64,000 bases of DNA from Diplonema japonicum (GCA_964019335.1 OZ025732.1:1-64000); one strand, 5' to 3'; counted from the first letter of the stretch, positions 23,386 through 35,744 are shown. The notes: generated by a model from the letters alone, not told the origin. Numbers and translations are program-made.

Positions 23386-23798
23386 GCGAAAATGCCAATT
23401 TGCACATGTGTGTACAATCGTCCAAATAGAGCACAAAAAAGAAAAGAACACGAACAAAATCCGCCGGCCGCAGTGTCATGGCAAAGCCGATCAAGGCAGC
23501 CGAAAGGTCAGGTAGAAGAACCACACCACCCAGTACAGTGTGAAAGGAAAAGAGGGAACAAGATTGATTTACTCCCCCTCCCCCCACCCCCTTCTGTTGG
23601 AAAAAAAAAAAAAAAAAAAAAAAAACAAAAAAAGAAGACCCTGGGGGTGGTGCCTTGGGGGATTCAATAAGCAAAAATAGGAGACAATAGCCACAAAAGC
23701 CTGTGGGAAACGAAGCAGCAGGGGAACCCCTACATACGTGTGAGGGCACAGGTCTTAGAGGCGTCCCAAGAGCAACAATGCGACTCATTTACGAGTTA

Positions 23799-23858
<60 letters not shown>

Positions 23859-25112
23859 CGCTGGCACGAAGGACATTGTCCCAAGAAGCCCAGAGCCAAG
23901 AAACGGCCGAGCAAACCTAAAGGCCCGTTCAAATGCAAGTACTGCGGGAAGGGCAAGACACGAACCGGGTCTACCTTCACGCAGAGCTCATGGCCTGAGG
24001 GAAGCTAGCAACAAGGTACCGGTTCTCGTGGCGCATGAACACAGTTTGCACAACTTCGACATGGAATTAAGGGGAAAAGTAGTGTAAATCCTGCTTAATT
24101 TTCGCTGGGTTTAAAGAAAATGACAGCACCTAGCCATGATTTTCTTATTCGAAATTTTATTCCACTTCTGGAGCTAATCCAGGCATGGCTTTTGATTTTT
24201 ACACTTAAAGAAATATGAAATTTGCGGGCAGTACTTTGTGACAAATAGCAGAGAGGTGACCATATAAAGGGGGGAATAATTCCCTCCCAAATAATGTGTT
24301 TTTTCCCAAATAATTCTTTTTTTTTTCGGGGATTTTTCCGCTCCAAATTTCCCAAATAATTCCCGACCCCTTTCTTTTTTTTTTGGGGGGGATCGGGGGG
24401 TGAGGGGGTCACATGGTAAGTCGTGCGACGGGCTTTTCTCAGTTATGCCTGTGCAGGGTACTAGCCAACCTAACCCATGTATACACCCCTTTTTTGACCA
24501 AAAAGTCGATTTCCGCCTGGTTTTGGGCACTTTTTGGGCACTTACAAGCAATTCTTTTGCATTTTGAACAGGGGCTACGGGGCTTAGAACCTGGGGGTAT
24601 TGTGGGGACTATTTTTCTAACGCAAGAAGCTAGATGGTTCGTGATGAACGGTTCAAAATTTCACGGAACTACTGAGTTCGAAGGCGCTTTGTGGGTGGCC
24701 CGGGTGCTTCTGCGTTGCCGGAAGGGCACGTGGATTCATGTGTTGACAGCTTATCCGGTATTTGCTTCTTTCATGGCCCGCAATGTCAATATTCCATTCC
24801 TGAGCAAGATCCCAAAGCTGTGCCGTAGCCCACTGGCGGTATTGTGAGGCTGCTTACGCAAGTAAGAGGTCATGCAACTGCTCGGCACCTTTAGCTGTAT
24901 GCGGTCCTGCGGCTACCTTCCAGGTAGTTCCGAGGAGACCATACAGCTAAGGGCGCTTAGCGAAGTAAGCACTTTGAAGGGGTCGGGCTTTAGACAGTGC
25001 AGCACAGAATGTAGTTGCGGGTGCAATGGACACTGCACCTGACGAGACTCCAGCAGCTCCCAAGCCCTTGAAGCTTCTCAAGCCCCGACAGTTTCTCAAG
25101 CCTCTCAGACCC

Positions 25113-25708
25113 GAGACAAGTCGTATCCGACTGTGGCAGCCCTACTCGCTGACTTCGTGGGAGCAGGGACCCTCTACTACAGCGAGTCACAGTGGTCGAC
25201 TGTGCTGAACTCCTACAACTAGGAACTACTGGAGACGACCCTACGCAATGTAGGAGTGCCGGCCCGGCGTGCTACGAGGGCGATAGGCTATGCAGGGTCT
25301 CACAGACCTCGCACCCTATGATTTTAGTTTCCACCTTTTCCTTTTCCACTTCTTGTCTTTTAACTTCCCTTCTGCTTTCCCAACATGGTTTCCGTCCCGG
25401 GTATGACGTTAAACTGCGTCCGCCGACGCATTTGGGTCAACATTCTCTGATGACCAAGCCGTCTTTTTCCGTTTCTTCTCCCCTTCTCTTTGTTATGTTA
25501 TTTTCATTATTCTTTCTGGCGATAGACTGATACGGGCCATGGAAGCAACCTCTGCTTAATTCCTGGTACGTGGGAGGCTCCTCTTGAGGATGTCAGTCAC
25601 CTTTTCCCTTTTTTACTCGACTCTCTGTTTTCGTATGCAGTATTTATTCTTTCCCACCCCTTTTTATCTATTTCTTCGCTTCTTCATCCTAACTTAAAAC
25701 CATTTCAG
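25113..25708 (+). mobile_element. 5'-truncated PLE (subfamily B) 3' end with a 15-bp target site duplication
   Basis: Matches 47092-47685; AAGCCTCTCAGACCC at 25098-25112 and 25709-25723. Confidence 0.9.
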
Positions 25709-26043
25709 AAGCCTCTCAGACCCCTGCAACCTCCCAGCAACCACCTAACGCCAAAACCAGGCGGTTTGTCTGCAACGTTTGTGGGTTCTCCACAGCCTGG
25801 GAGAAAAACTGTTAAAATTTCCCTTGGAAAAAAAAAGGGCATGAAAAAAGTCTTGGCACGATTTGGCATGTTAAGATTTCCGAAGTGCTCTAAGCCCCGC
25901 TCCCTGCTTTCCATGTGGCAGGCCCCCCAGCCCAAATAAGTACAACCCAAATAAGTGTATTCCAAATAATTCTTTTTTTTTGGAGCCCAAACACCCCCCC
26001 TCCACTGCCCAAATAAAGGGATTATTCGGGGGGCCCCTTTATA

Positions 26044-26080
<37 letters not shown>

Positions 26081-26559
26081 CCAGGGAAATAACAGAATCC
26101 GTGGCGTTACGATCGATAGGTGCACCCAAGCGATCGAAGGGGTACACCGGAAGGCCGAAATTTGCGTCCAACAGAACGTGCGAAATACTTGAAAGACAAT
26201 GCGCTGTACCGACTGCACAGAGAAAAGAGTGGTCCGACCCTTTCGTGCCTGACTACAGGGCACAACAACCTACCAGAACGCAGTCCACCCTTCCCTCAGC
26301 CATGCATCCTTCAGCACAGAAGGGTAGCAACATCCGCTAGCGCGGTAAAGAAGTTGCTCGTACGCCAGGCGGTTTATGAAGCAACCAAAGTCATTCTTCT
26401 TTTCTTTTTTTCTTTTCTTTTTTTTTTTCCAAAACCACTAAAAATATTTTTAAAAAAAATGAAAACCAGGAGAACGGAGGGGAGAGGGAAACAAAAAAAA
26501 TAAATGGAACGAAAGCGCAAGGTGACCTCTGTTTCCCTTCAGATATCTGGCGACACTTA

Positions 26560-26880
26560 CACCAAGAGAGTGACGGAAAAGATATCCGTATTAATCAGCC
26601 AGAAGAACGGACCGGACATCCACATTGTGAACCTCTACCGCCCACCACTCAACGGAGGGGACGACACCCGCACAGAGGATTTCACCGCAGAAGACCTGCA
26701 TGACGGCGATAACGTCCTAACGGTAGGAGACATAAACCTGCACCACAAAACGTGGAGTGCACACATGACAGAGGACGCAGGCGGCACAAAAATCAATGAC
26801 TGGATCGCGGAGAGAGGAAGGGTGGTCTGGAACAACCCAGACGAAGCGACAAGGGTCATGAAAGCACAGAGGTCGAGCCC
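26560..26880 (+). mobile_element. LINE APE endonuclease fragment
   Basis: IVNLYRPP, VGDINLHHKTW, WNNPDEATR. Confidence 0.75.
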
Positions 26881-27048
26881 ATTTAATAAATAGTTATTCG
26901 TCACCTTTTTCTTGAAGATGTTCGTTTCACAGTAGGTTTTTTTATTTTCTAGAGGTTCTTCTTCTTCATTTGACTCCTGCAGCCTTCGAGACAAAGCACA
27001 CAGGGAAAATACATTAGAAAAAAGAATAAAAAACGAACCCAAAAGAAC

Positions 27049-28563
27049 ATGAATGGAAAGAGAGAGGGATCAGGTGAAGAGGTGAACGATATGACAGTGT
27101 TCGTGAAGACGGGAGGCGGGGTTCACGATGTGGAAGTGTCGGGGAAGGAGACGGTGGGGAGCCTGTACAAGAAGGCGGGGTGTGCTGCTGGTTTACTCGA
27201 AGGCAAGTTCGAATTGGTTTGGGAGGGTGAGGTCCTGGACAGGAATGGGGGTGAAGATATCCAGGAACTCGGGCTCGTGGAGGGCAGCGTGGTCCATGTG
27301 GAGGCGAAGAAGATGAGAACCGTTCAGCTGGAGGAGCTTGAGAGCTCAGAAGTGGTTTCAGAGCTTGAGGAGCTTGTGACAGCTGACCCTGAGCTGGTTC
27401 TTGTGGTGGAGGTGAACTCGCCAGCTGTCGAAGTCTTGTCCATGAAGACGACGGTCCTTCCTTCCGGACTTCGGTTCCTCGTTGTCACCGACTCCACAGG
27501 CTGTGTTACAAGGATAGACTCTGGGTTTCTTGAAGAGTGCGACCACCTGACGTCTGTTGATCTCATCCTCCCCAATGTTTCCACCATTGATGAAAATCTT
27601 TTATATGAGTGCAAAAATCTAGAAACCATCAACTTGAATGCGATGACCAATCTTTCTTCTATTGGTGATCGCTTCTTGTGTGGGTGCGAAAAACTAGAAA
27701 CCATCAACTTGAATGCGATGACCAATCTTTCTTCTATTGGTCATTACTTCTTGTGTGGGTGTGTAAAACTAGAAACCATCAACTTGAATGCGATGACCAA
27801 TCTTTCTTCCATTGGTGATGGCTTCTTGTCTGGGTGCGTAAAACTAGAAACCGCCATCTTGAATGCGATGACCAATCTTTCTTCTATTGGTGATGACTTC
27901 TTGTATGGGTGCGAAAAACTAGAAACCATCGACTTGAATGCGTTGACCAATCTTTCTTCTATTGGTGGTGACTTCTTGTATGGGTGCGTAAAACTAGAAA
28001 CCATCAACTTGAATGCGATGACCAATCTTTCTTCTATTGGTGATTACTTCTTGGAAGGGTGCAAAAAACTAGAAACCATCAACTTGAATGCGATGACCAA
28101 TCTTTCTTCCATTGGTGATCGCTTCTTGTTTAGGTGCGAAAAACTAGAAACCATCAACTTGAATGCGATGACCAATCTTTCTTCTATTGGTGATGGCTTC
28201 TTGGAGAGGTGCAAAAAACTAGAAACCATCAACTTGAATGCGATGACCAATCTTTCTTCCATTGGTGATCGCTTTTTGTTTGGGTGCGTAAAACTAGAAA
28301 CCATCAACTTGAATGCGTTGACCAATCTTTCTTCCATTGGTCACTGCTTCTTGTCTGGGTGCAAAAAACTAGAAACCATCAGCTTGAATGCGATGACCAA
28401 TCTTTCTTCCATTGGTGATTGCTTCTTGTTTGGGTGCAAAAAACTAGAAACTATCGACTTGAATACGTTGACCAATCTTTCTTCCATTGGTGATGGCTTC
28501 TTGGAGGGGTGTGTAAAACTAGAAACTGTCGACTTGAATTTAAAAAGAAAAGTCGGTGTTTAG
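27049..28563 (+). CDS. Ubl-LRR protein, 12 LRRs plus a partial one; C-cap missing
   Basis: 504-aa ORF; 75-bp repeat period from about 27619. Confidence 0.9.
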   Translation: MNGKREGSGEEVNDMTVFVKTGGGVHDVEVSGKETVGSLYKKAGCAAGLLEGKFELVWEGEVLDRNGGEDIQELGLVEGSVVHVEAKKMRTVQLEELESSEVVSELEELVTADPELVLVVEVNSPAVEVLSMKTTVLPSGLRFLVVTDSTGCVTRIDSGFLEECDHLTSVDLILPNVSTIDENLLYECKNLETINLNAMTNLSSIGDRFLCGCEKLETINLNAMTNLSSIGHYFLCGCVKLETINLNAMTNLSSIGDGFLSGCVKLETAILNAMTNLSSIGDDFLYGCEKLETIDLNALTNLSSIGGDFLYGCVKLETINLNAMTNLSSIGDYFLEGCKKLETINLNAMTNLSSIGDRFLFRCEKLETINLNAMTNLSSIGDGFLERCKKLETINLNAMTNLSSIGDRFLFGCVKLETINLNALTNLSSIGHCFLSGCKKLETISLNAMTNLSSIGDCFLFGCKKLETIDLNTLTNLSSIGDGFLEGCVKLETVDLNLKRKVGV

Positions 28564-28817
28564 AAGAAGAAGAAAAAGAGGAGAAAAAAAGAAGAAAAAA
28601 GAACACCCTGGCGCTGAGTTTCTCGTGGAAACAGAGAACCTACCCCCTCCCCACCACAGCACCCGACCAATCAGATGCGGCAGTGTGAAAAAAAAAAAAA
28701 AGCCCCCCTCTCCCCAAACAAAACAAACAAACAAACATTTCCCCACCCCCGATAACGTATAATTAAGAAAAAATTAAGGGGGGGGAAAGGATACTGAGGT
28801 CCGGCACCCTTAGTAGC

Positions 28818-28850
<33 letters not shown>

Positions 28851-29160
28851 AATAAACAGAAAGAGAAGAAAGCAATTGATTGTCTGCCTCTCTTCTCCCT
28901 CTATTTTTACTTTGATTTTTGTTTTGTGCAGGGCGCCGCCACACCGGCCTCCTTTAACTCATATATTTTTTATTTATTTTTATTTTTAATTTTGCCCCAA
29001 CCGGCTTCCTTTAAGTCATCGAGCTTATTTTTATTTTTATTATACCACCGCAGTAGGAACCCGGCAGAGCCCCCGGAACGGGGACAACGGGGACTAAGTA
29101 CAGCGCGGCCGGTGAGCGCAAAAACGCATACCTTAAAAGAATAGTTTATTTTTATTTTTA

Positions 29161-29266
29161 TAGTGATCACGTGGGAAACCTTGGTGCTGTATCCTCTAAA
29201 CAGGATACGGCCATACTCTGGTGAATGCACCCCATCCCGCCTGATTTGGGAAGTTAAGCACCAGCA
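29161..29266 (+). pseudogene. Circularly permuted 5S rRNA fragment (3' part 29163-29195, then 5' part 29203-29266)
   Basis: GGATACGGCCATAC..GAATGCACCCCATCCCG..GATTTGGGAAGTTAAGC matches a eukaryotic 5S 5' half; GTGATCACGTGGGAAACCTTGGTGCTGTATCC matches a 5S 3' end and pairs with the 5' end. Confidence 0.75.
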
Positions 29267-29353
29267 GTCTCCTTCTTGTCTTCTACCTGTCTTCAACTCG
29301 TCTTTTATAGGTTAACACCACCTTTATATCTCTCCTGTAGGGTAGGGTGGAAA

Positions 29354-30865
29354 ATGTTCAGAAGGGTAATTGGCACGTCTTTAAAGCTCCGTTTTTCAAA
29401 GTGCCGTGCTTGCACAAGCTTATCCGGACGTTTAGAGGAGAAGAAAGATGGTTCAGAAGGTGGGAGGGACCAGCAATGGAGGCAGGAATGGTTTAAACCG
29501 CAAGTTTTCACGGGTGCACTTGCAGCTACTGTCCTTGCAGCAATGGTAGCAAAGGTGTATGAATGGAGATGCAAGACAGTTCGCATCGAGAAGCTGCTCA
29601 CACCTCAGATCGAAGAGCCTGAGCCCAAGAAGGGCTTTATCCGTACAGAGGTAAAAACGCTGAGTGAAGAGCTGGAGAAATACCACAAAGATTTTGACAT
29701 CAAGAAAGAGAACGCTTTCGTGGTTATCTGTGGTCCGAAGGCTGCAGGTAAAACAACTGCTGTTAAGCTTGCATTCGGAGGCAAGAAGGGGGTGCTTTGT
29801 AGACACTGTCATCGGTGAGGGCTCAGAAGTAACCACTGCAAGCTTTGAGGACGCATTGTCTCGAGTGTACAACGAGCTTTTCCCTGAGGTAAAGGGGATG
29901 GGTCCAAGCCTGAATGAGGTTAACCACATTTGCATGAAGAGATTCAGGAGGCCGCTGCTGATCTACTGGAAAGTCGAGGCCGGGGGGCAAGAAAACGAAC
30001 GCCTCTCTGGCATTGCGAAAACAATTGCAGGGGCAGCAAGAAGGCTATCCTTTGACAACAATACGAAAGGAAACATTGCTGTCGTCATTGAGACCTCAAA
30101 CCCAACGGTATTGATACCTTTTCTTTAACTTCTACTTTTTTTTTATCCACAGCTTGGTGCGTTGATCCCTACTGTCCACCAGACGTGCAAAACCCTGTTC
30201 CTTGACCACATGTCCTACACCGACTTTGTGAAGCCTTCGATGCAGACCCCTTTGCCAAGAATTTCACAGCGAGGCTTGGTGGAAAAGACAAGTATAAGGA
30301 CCACCTGAAGGAGTATTACTCCTGCTTCAGCGGGAACCTCCGTGGGTTGAAGGTAGACTTCCTGGAGCCTTGTATGTCACACAATGTGAAAACCATAAAA
30401 ATACATTCACAGTGATGGCCGTGAAGGATGCAAAGGATTTCCAGGAGAGGTTTGAAAAGAGTATGGTCAAAAAACAAACAAACGGATAGTGTCAATGTTA
30501 CAGAGGTTGAGCAAAAGAACAACAGTCTCAAACAACGCTTCATGCATGCTGGGTTGACATCTGACCAAGAAGAGCTTTGCTTGGAGATAGCCAAACAGGG
30601 GCCTGTTGGATTGGGGTATATGGATACCGTTGCTGTGCTGGACATGGTTGAAAGCATCAGAGAGAAGAAAGAAGCACTTGGTCTCCTCAGGGTACAGGAG
30701 GAAAACACGATCCGCCTTCACTACATGGCGTATGTGCGCTACCTGTTGGGGAGAACCTACGACGAAGAGAAGAAAGAGTGGAAGGACAAGTCACCTGAGG
30801 AGACAATGGCAGCTTTGGAAGAGCATGGCTGGCTACCCAAGACAGTCAAGGCAGGGAGTGCATGA
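29354..30865 (+). pseudogene. P-loop NTPase (AAA+-like) with N-terminal basic leader and TM segment; frameshifted; one GT-AG intron 30108-30152
   Basis: Walker A GPKAAGKTT; hydrophobic ALAATVLAAMVA; splicing the phase-0 45-nt intron restores the frame (PT|LGALIP..LFLDHMSY); frame changes near 29795 and later. Confidence 0.6.
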
Positions 30866-31119
30866 CCTTAGTGTTGGACACAGACAAGGAAGAACACCGT
30901 GTCAATGGACTGAGGCAGGTCCTACGTATGCATGACGAACAGAACATCCTGGGTATCACCGAAGAAAGCTGGGCCAGAGCAAGGACTTTAAGGGAGCAGA
31001 ACGGCGGCAGACCAAAAGCGTTCGACGTCCACGCTTGCATCAAGGGAGCGCAGGACGAGGTAATGCCACCGGTTTCAGGCCCCTGTTTGAGCCAGACCCC
31101 TGCAGCTAGCCTCACCCCC

Positions 31120-32370
31120 AATGATGACCGGTCCCTTCACCTGGTCCGGACTCAGACGCTAATCCGGTCCACAGCATTGACCCGACCCCCGTTGCAGACC
31201 CGGTCCATACATCTGGCCCGATCTCCGTCACGGACCCGGCCCCAACGGCTAATCCGGTCGCGGACTCGGTCCCCGCGACTAAACCGGTCGCGAACACGGC
31301 CCCCGTCACGAACCCGGTCCCCGCGACTAGCCCAATCGCTGACCCGGTCCTCATCACAGACCCAGTTACCGCAGCTAGCCCGATCACGGACCCGGTCCCC
31401 GTCACAGACACGGCCCCCGTCGCAGACCCGGTCCCCACAACCAGCCCAGTCGCTGACCCGGTCCCCGTCACGGACCCGGTCCCCGCATCTGGCCCGGTCG
31501 CAGACACGACCCACATCACGGACGCGATCCCCGAAACCAGCTTAGTCGTTGACCCGGTCCCTGCAAGTAACCCAGTCGCTGACCCGGTCCTCACCACAGA
31601 CCCGGTCTCCACGACTAACCCGGTCGCAGACACGGCCCCTGCCACAGATCCAGTCCCCGCAACCAGCCCAGTCGCTGACCCGGTCCCCGTCACAGACCCG
31701 GTCCCCGCATCTGGCCCGGTCGCAGACACGACCCACATCACAGACGCGATCCCCGAAACCAGTTTGGTCGTTGACGCGGTCCCTACAAGTAACCCAGTCG
31801 CTGACCCGGTCCGCACCGCAGACCCGGTCTCCATGGCTAACCCGGTCGCAGACACGGCCCCTGCCACAGATCCAGTCCCCGCAACCAGCCCAGTCGCTGA
31901 CCCGGTCCCCGTCACAGACCCGGTCCCCGCAGCTAACCCGGTCCCTGTCACGGACCAGGCCCCCACAACCAACCCGGTTGGAGACACGGCCCCCATCACA
32001 GACCCGGTCCCCGCAGCCAGCCCAGTCGCTGACCCGGTCCCCGCAAATAGCCCGATCGCTGACCCGGTCCCCGTCACGGATCCGGTCCCCGCATCTGGCC
32101 CGGTCTCGATAGTCCCTGACGACCCAGTGCCCACAACTGGCCCAGTCTACGCCACGGACCTAGTCAGTTTGCCTGGCCCGATCTCTGTCACGGACGCAGT
32201 CCCCACCACAGGCCCGGTCCACGCTTCTAGTCTGATCCCCTCCGCAGACCCGGTTCCAACACCAGGCGCAGCCTCCACCAGAGACCCGGTCCCCGCGTCT
32301 GACCCGGTCCTCGCCTCGGACCCGTTACCCGAAGCTGATGCCCTCCCCGTAACAGACCCAGTCCCCGTGC
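31120..32370 (+). repeat. GC-rich minisatellite of 18-bp units (GACCCGGTCCCCGC..) with higher-order ~240-bp duplications; can encode DPVP(A/V)T repeats
   Basis: Repeated gacccggtcccc; overlapping repetitive ORFs in several frames. Confidence 0.8.
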
Positions 32371-33828
32371 AGATGGACCTGTCTGAACCTCTGGGGCAGC
32401 ATGGATCGACGACATGGGTGCAACCCGAGCCCTCAACGGAGGCGGTCGCCCCACCACCCCTCTTGACGACAGCGGAGCCCTGGGTGCCGTTAGCTCTGAC
32501 GACGATGTCGCAACGACAGATGCAAAGCAGTAGCAGGATTGCGTTAGGACGGGGCACTTCTACTTCTCCTCCTTCTTTTTCTGCTTCTTCTTCTTTTACG
32601 CGGACAACGACGACTGTCCATCAGAGTCTGCTGTGGTCCGATGTCCCGGGGCACCAACGAGGTCGTGGGGGCATCACGAGAGGTCGCACGTCAAGCCTAC
32701 TTTCACCCCTTCCCATGCTCTTTTAGCGTTCGTGTCCAGGTTATTTATTCTCTCCTCCAACTTAGTTCAGTTGCAAACGCTGCTTTTTCAATCCCTTTTG
32801 AGGTGACGACTGGTAAGTGCAACTCTGTGTTTGGGAACGTGTCTGTGATAAGCCTCTGAAGGTCACCTTTCTTTCTTTTCATGGGTATAAAGGTAAACTT
32901 CTTTGTTCCACACGACTTGCAGATGCTCTTTATTGCTCGTAGGAAAGGTATAGATAGGTGCTGCCCAAAAAAGAGGGGGAGTCGCACAAAAAGCTCCCTT
33001 AACTCCGAAGAGTGGGTGTTTTTTTTTTTTAGTCCAAGATATAGATTTTGATTTTGATGTGGTTAGCGAATGAAGGTTGTTTTAGTGCCTGCCGTGTTTG
33101 CAGACCCGTATCATGGCTTCTGGCGTCCACTCCCCTTCCGCTTCGACGATCCCGGCCGTCGCCAGTTTCGTGTGGGAGAGCTTATCTTCCAGACCCGCTC
33201 GATGTTCTTCAGCCAGGGCGTGAACGGCGGCCTTGCCCGACCGTCGGTTCGCCCTAAGGAGGTCCAAGCGGTCTTTCTTCTTTGCGGGCTCCGCTTGTCC
33301 GTCGCACAACTGCCCGCGCTTCGCGCTCTTGGACCGCCATTTGACGAGCAGAGGTGGCTCTGGTGCACGACAAAGACGTGCCAATCCTATATAACAATCG
33401 ATTGAAAGAAGAAGAACGTTTACCAAGGGATTTCGGACAGACACAACATCAGGCAGCGCCACCCCCCAAAGAACACGAAGACCTTACGCAAGTAAGAGTG
33501 CTGGCCCGGCGAGCTACGAGGGCAAAAAAACCTCATTTTCTTCTAGAAGATGAGAAAAATATTATAATGCGACATGATCAGACTGGAACGGCCGCCCTGG
33601 GGCATCCTCTGCTCAACCCGGCGGACGTGAGAGGCCCTTCTTCGGAAGGTGCCAGTCGCTTGATCAGTGCCATCGAATGCGCGCTATATTTACATATAAC
33701 AATCGATCGAAAGAAAAAGAACGCATACCAAGGAGTTTGCATGTGACATCGACTTTCTATTTCTTCGTTTGTAAGATCACTTTCAAAGACAGGGCTTGAG
33801 AGAACAACAACAAAAAAGAAGAAAAGAA

Positions 33829-35160
33829 ATGAACGATATGACAGTGTTCGTGAAGACGGGAGGTGGGGTTCACGATGTGGAAGTGTCGGGGAAGGAGACG
33901 GTGGGGAGCCTGTACAAGAAGGCGGGGTGTGCTGCTGGTTTACTCGAAGGCAGGTTCAAACTGGTTTGGGAGGGTGAGGTCCTTGACAGGAACGGCTGTG
34001 AAGAGCTTCAGCAACTTGGGCTCGTGGAGGGCTCCATGGTCCATGTGGAGGTAAAGGTAATGAGAACAGTTCGTCTGGAAGAACTGAAGGGAAACCGGAT
34101 CTCTGAAATACGTTCCGAGATTCTGGGGTTTCTAGCAGATGACCCTAAGCTAGTTCTAGTTGTGGAGGTGGGGGACTCTCCAGCTGTCGAAGTCTTGTCC
34201 ATGAGCAGGAGGGCGCTTCCTTCTGGACTTCAATTCCTCGTTGTCACCGACTCCACAGGCTGTGTTACAAGGATAGGAGATGAGTTTCTTCGGGAGTGCT
34301 GCCATTTGAAGTCTGTTTCTCTCTTTTTACCCAATGTTTCAACCATTGGTGATTTCTTTTTATCTGGATGCAAGAGACTAGAAACCATTGACTTGAATGT
34401 GATGACCAATCTTTCTTCCATTGGTGATCGCTTCTTGTCAGGGTGCAACACACTTGAAACCATCAACTTGAGTTCTATGACCAATCTTTCCTCCGTTGGT
34501 GACTTCTTCTTGTCAGGGTGCGGAAAATTAGAAACCATCAACTTGAATGCGATGACCAATCTTTTTTCCGTTGGTGATAGCTTCTTGTGTGGGTGCGAAA
34601 ATCTAGAAACCATCAACTTGAATGCGATGACCAATCTGTCTTACATTGGTTCTTCCTTTTTGTCATGGTGCGAAAAACTTGAAACCGTTGACTTGAACGC
34701 GACGACCAATCTGTCTTACATTGGTTCTTCTTTTTTGTCAAGGTGCGTAAAAGTAGAATCCATAAACTTGAGTTCGATGAGCAATCTTTCTTCAATTGGT
34801 GATAGCTTCTTGTCAGGGTGCGAAAATCTAGAAACCATCGACTTGAATGCGATGACCAATCTTTCTTCTATCGGTTATGGCTTCTTGTCAGGGTGTAAAA
34901 AACTAGAAACCATCGACTTGAATGTGATGACCAATATTATTTTTTCTATTGGTGATGACTTCTTATATGGGTGCGAAAAGCTTGAAACCATCGACTTGAA
35001 TGCGATGACCAATCTTAATTCCATTGGTTCTGGCTTCTTGTCAGGGTGTAAAAAACTAGAAACCATCGTTTTGAGAGGAAGAGACACTGCTAATTTTTAC
35101 TGGCTTGTAGAGCCCAAAGTGCCATCGGGGGTAATTATACAACCACACATGGGAGTCTAA
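33829..35160 (+). CDS. Ubl-LRR protein, 9 LRRs, divergent N-cap
   Basis: Intact ORF with Ubl, LRRs and C-cap. Confidence 0.9.
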   Translation: MNDMTVFVKTGGGVHDVEVSGKETVGSLYKKAGCAAGLLEGRFKLVWEGEVLDRNGCEELQQLGLVEGSMVHVEVKVMRTVRLEELKGNRISEIRSEILGFLADDPKLVLVVEVGDSPAVEVLSMSRRALPSGLQFLVVTDSTGCVTRIGDEFLRECCHLKSVSLFLPNVSTIGDFFLSGCKRLETIDLNVMTNLSSIGDRFLSGCNTLETINLSSMTNLSSVGDFFLSGCGKLETINLNAMTNLFSVGDSFLCGCENLETINLNAMTNLSYIGSSFLSWCEKLETVDLNATTNLSYIGSSFLSRCVKVESINLSSMSNLSSIGDSFLSGCENLETIDLNAMTNLSSIGYGFLSGCKKLETIDLNVMTNIIFSIGDDFLYGCEKLETIDLNAMTNLNSIGSGFLSGCKKLETIVLRGRDTANFYWLVEPKVPSGVIIQPHMGV

Positions 35161-35204
35161 TCGGAGAACTTGCCCCTTGTAAAAGATAAGAAGAGCACCA
35201 TGGG

Positions 35205-35241
<37 letters not shown>

Positions 35242-35744
35242 ATTAGTGCCTATTAATCTATTCCCGATCTACCCCCCAATTTACCAAACAATCCCCACCC
35301 CCTGAAAAAAAAAGGAAAAAAGAAACGAGAAAATGAAAGAGAAAAAGAACAAGTGTAAGATTTTTTAAGTATGGATGAGAACAGCGCCATGAATAGAAGA
35401 GAGAGAGAGAGAGAAGAAAAAAAAAGAGTTTGTGAGCAGCAGCCTTATCTATTCCCTGTTTACCACAATAACCCAACACGTTTGCCCCCCCCCCCCCCCC
35501 CCCCCCCCCCGGAAAAAGAAAAAAGTGAGAAATAAGAGTCCGTTAAAGAAAAGCGCCCTTTTTTCACCCCCTTTTTTTTAAAGGCTGGCCAGACTATTCT
35601 AAGGTGTGTGGGGGAAAGTGAAAAGAGAAATCTAAGCAATCAAAAAAAAAAGAACAAGCAAATCATAGCTTGCTAGTTTTTAACAGGTGCTTCCTCACCT
35701 TTTTTTGGGGGGGGGTGGGGGGGGTGAGTACTCGCAGGTCCGTT

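Noticed and set aside
23856-24060. Zinc-finger-like FKCKYCGK fragment
   Set aside because: Short, frameshifted, follows poly(A); cannot be assigned
27619-28530. CRISPR-like look of the 75-bp repeats
   Set aside because: In-frame coding LRR units, no unique spacers, no cas genes, eukaryotic context
30862-32726. SR-rich or mucin-like protein gene
   Set aside because: Frame ambiguous within a minisatellite; reported as a repeat only
33082-33462. Possible tyrosine recombinase remnant on the - strand
   Set aside because: HxxR and catalytic Tyr motifs not convincingly present
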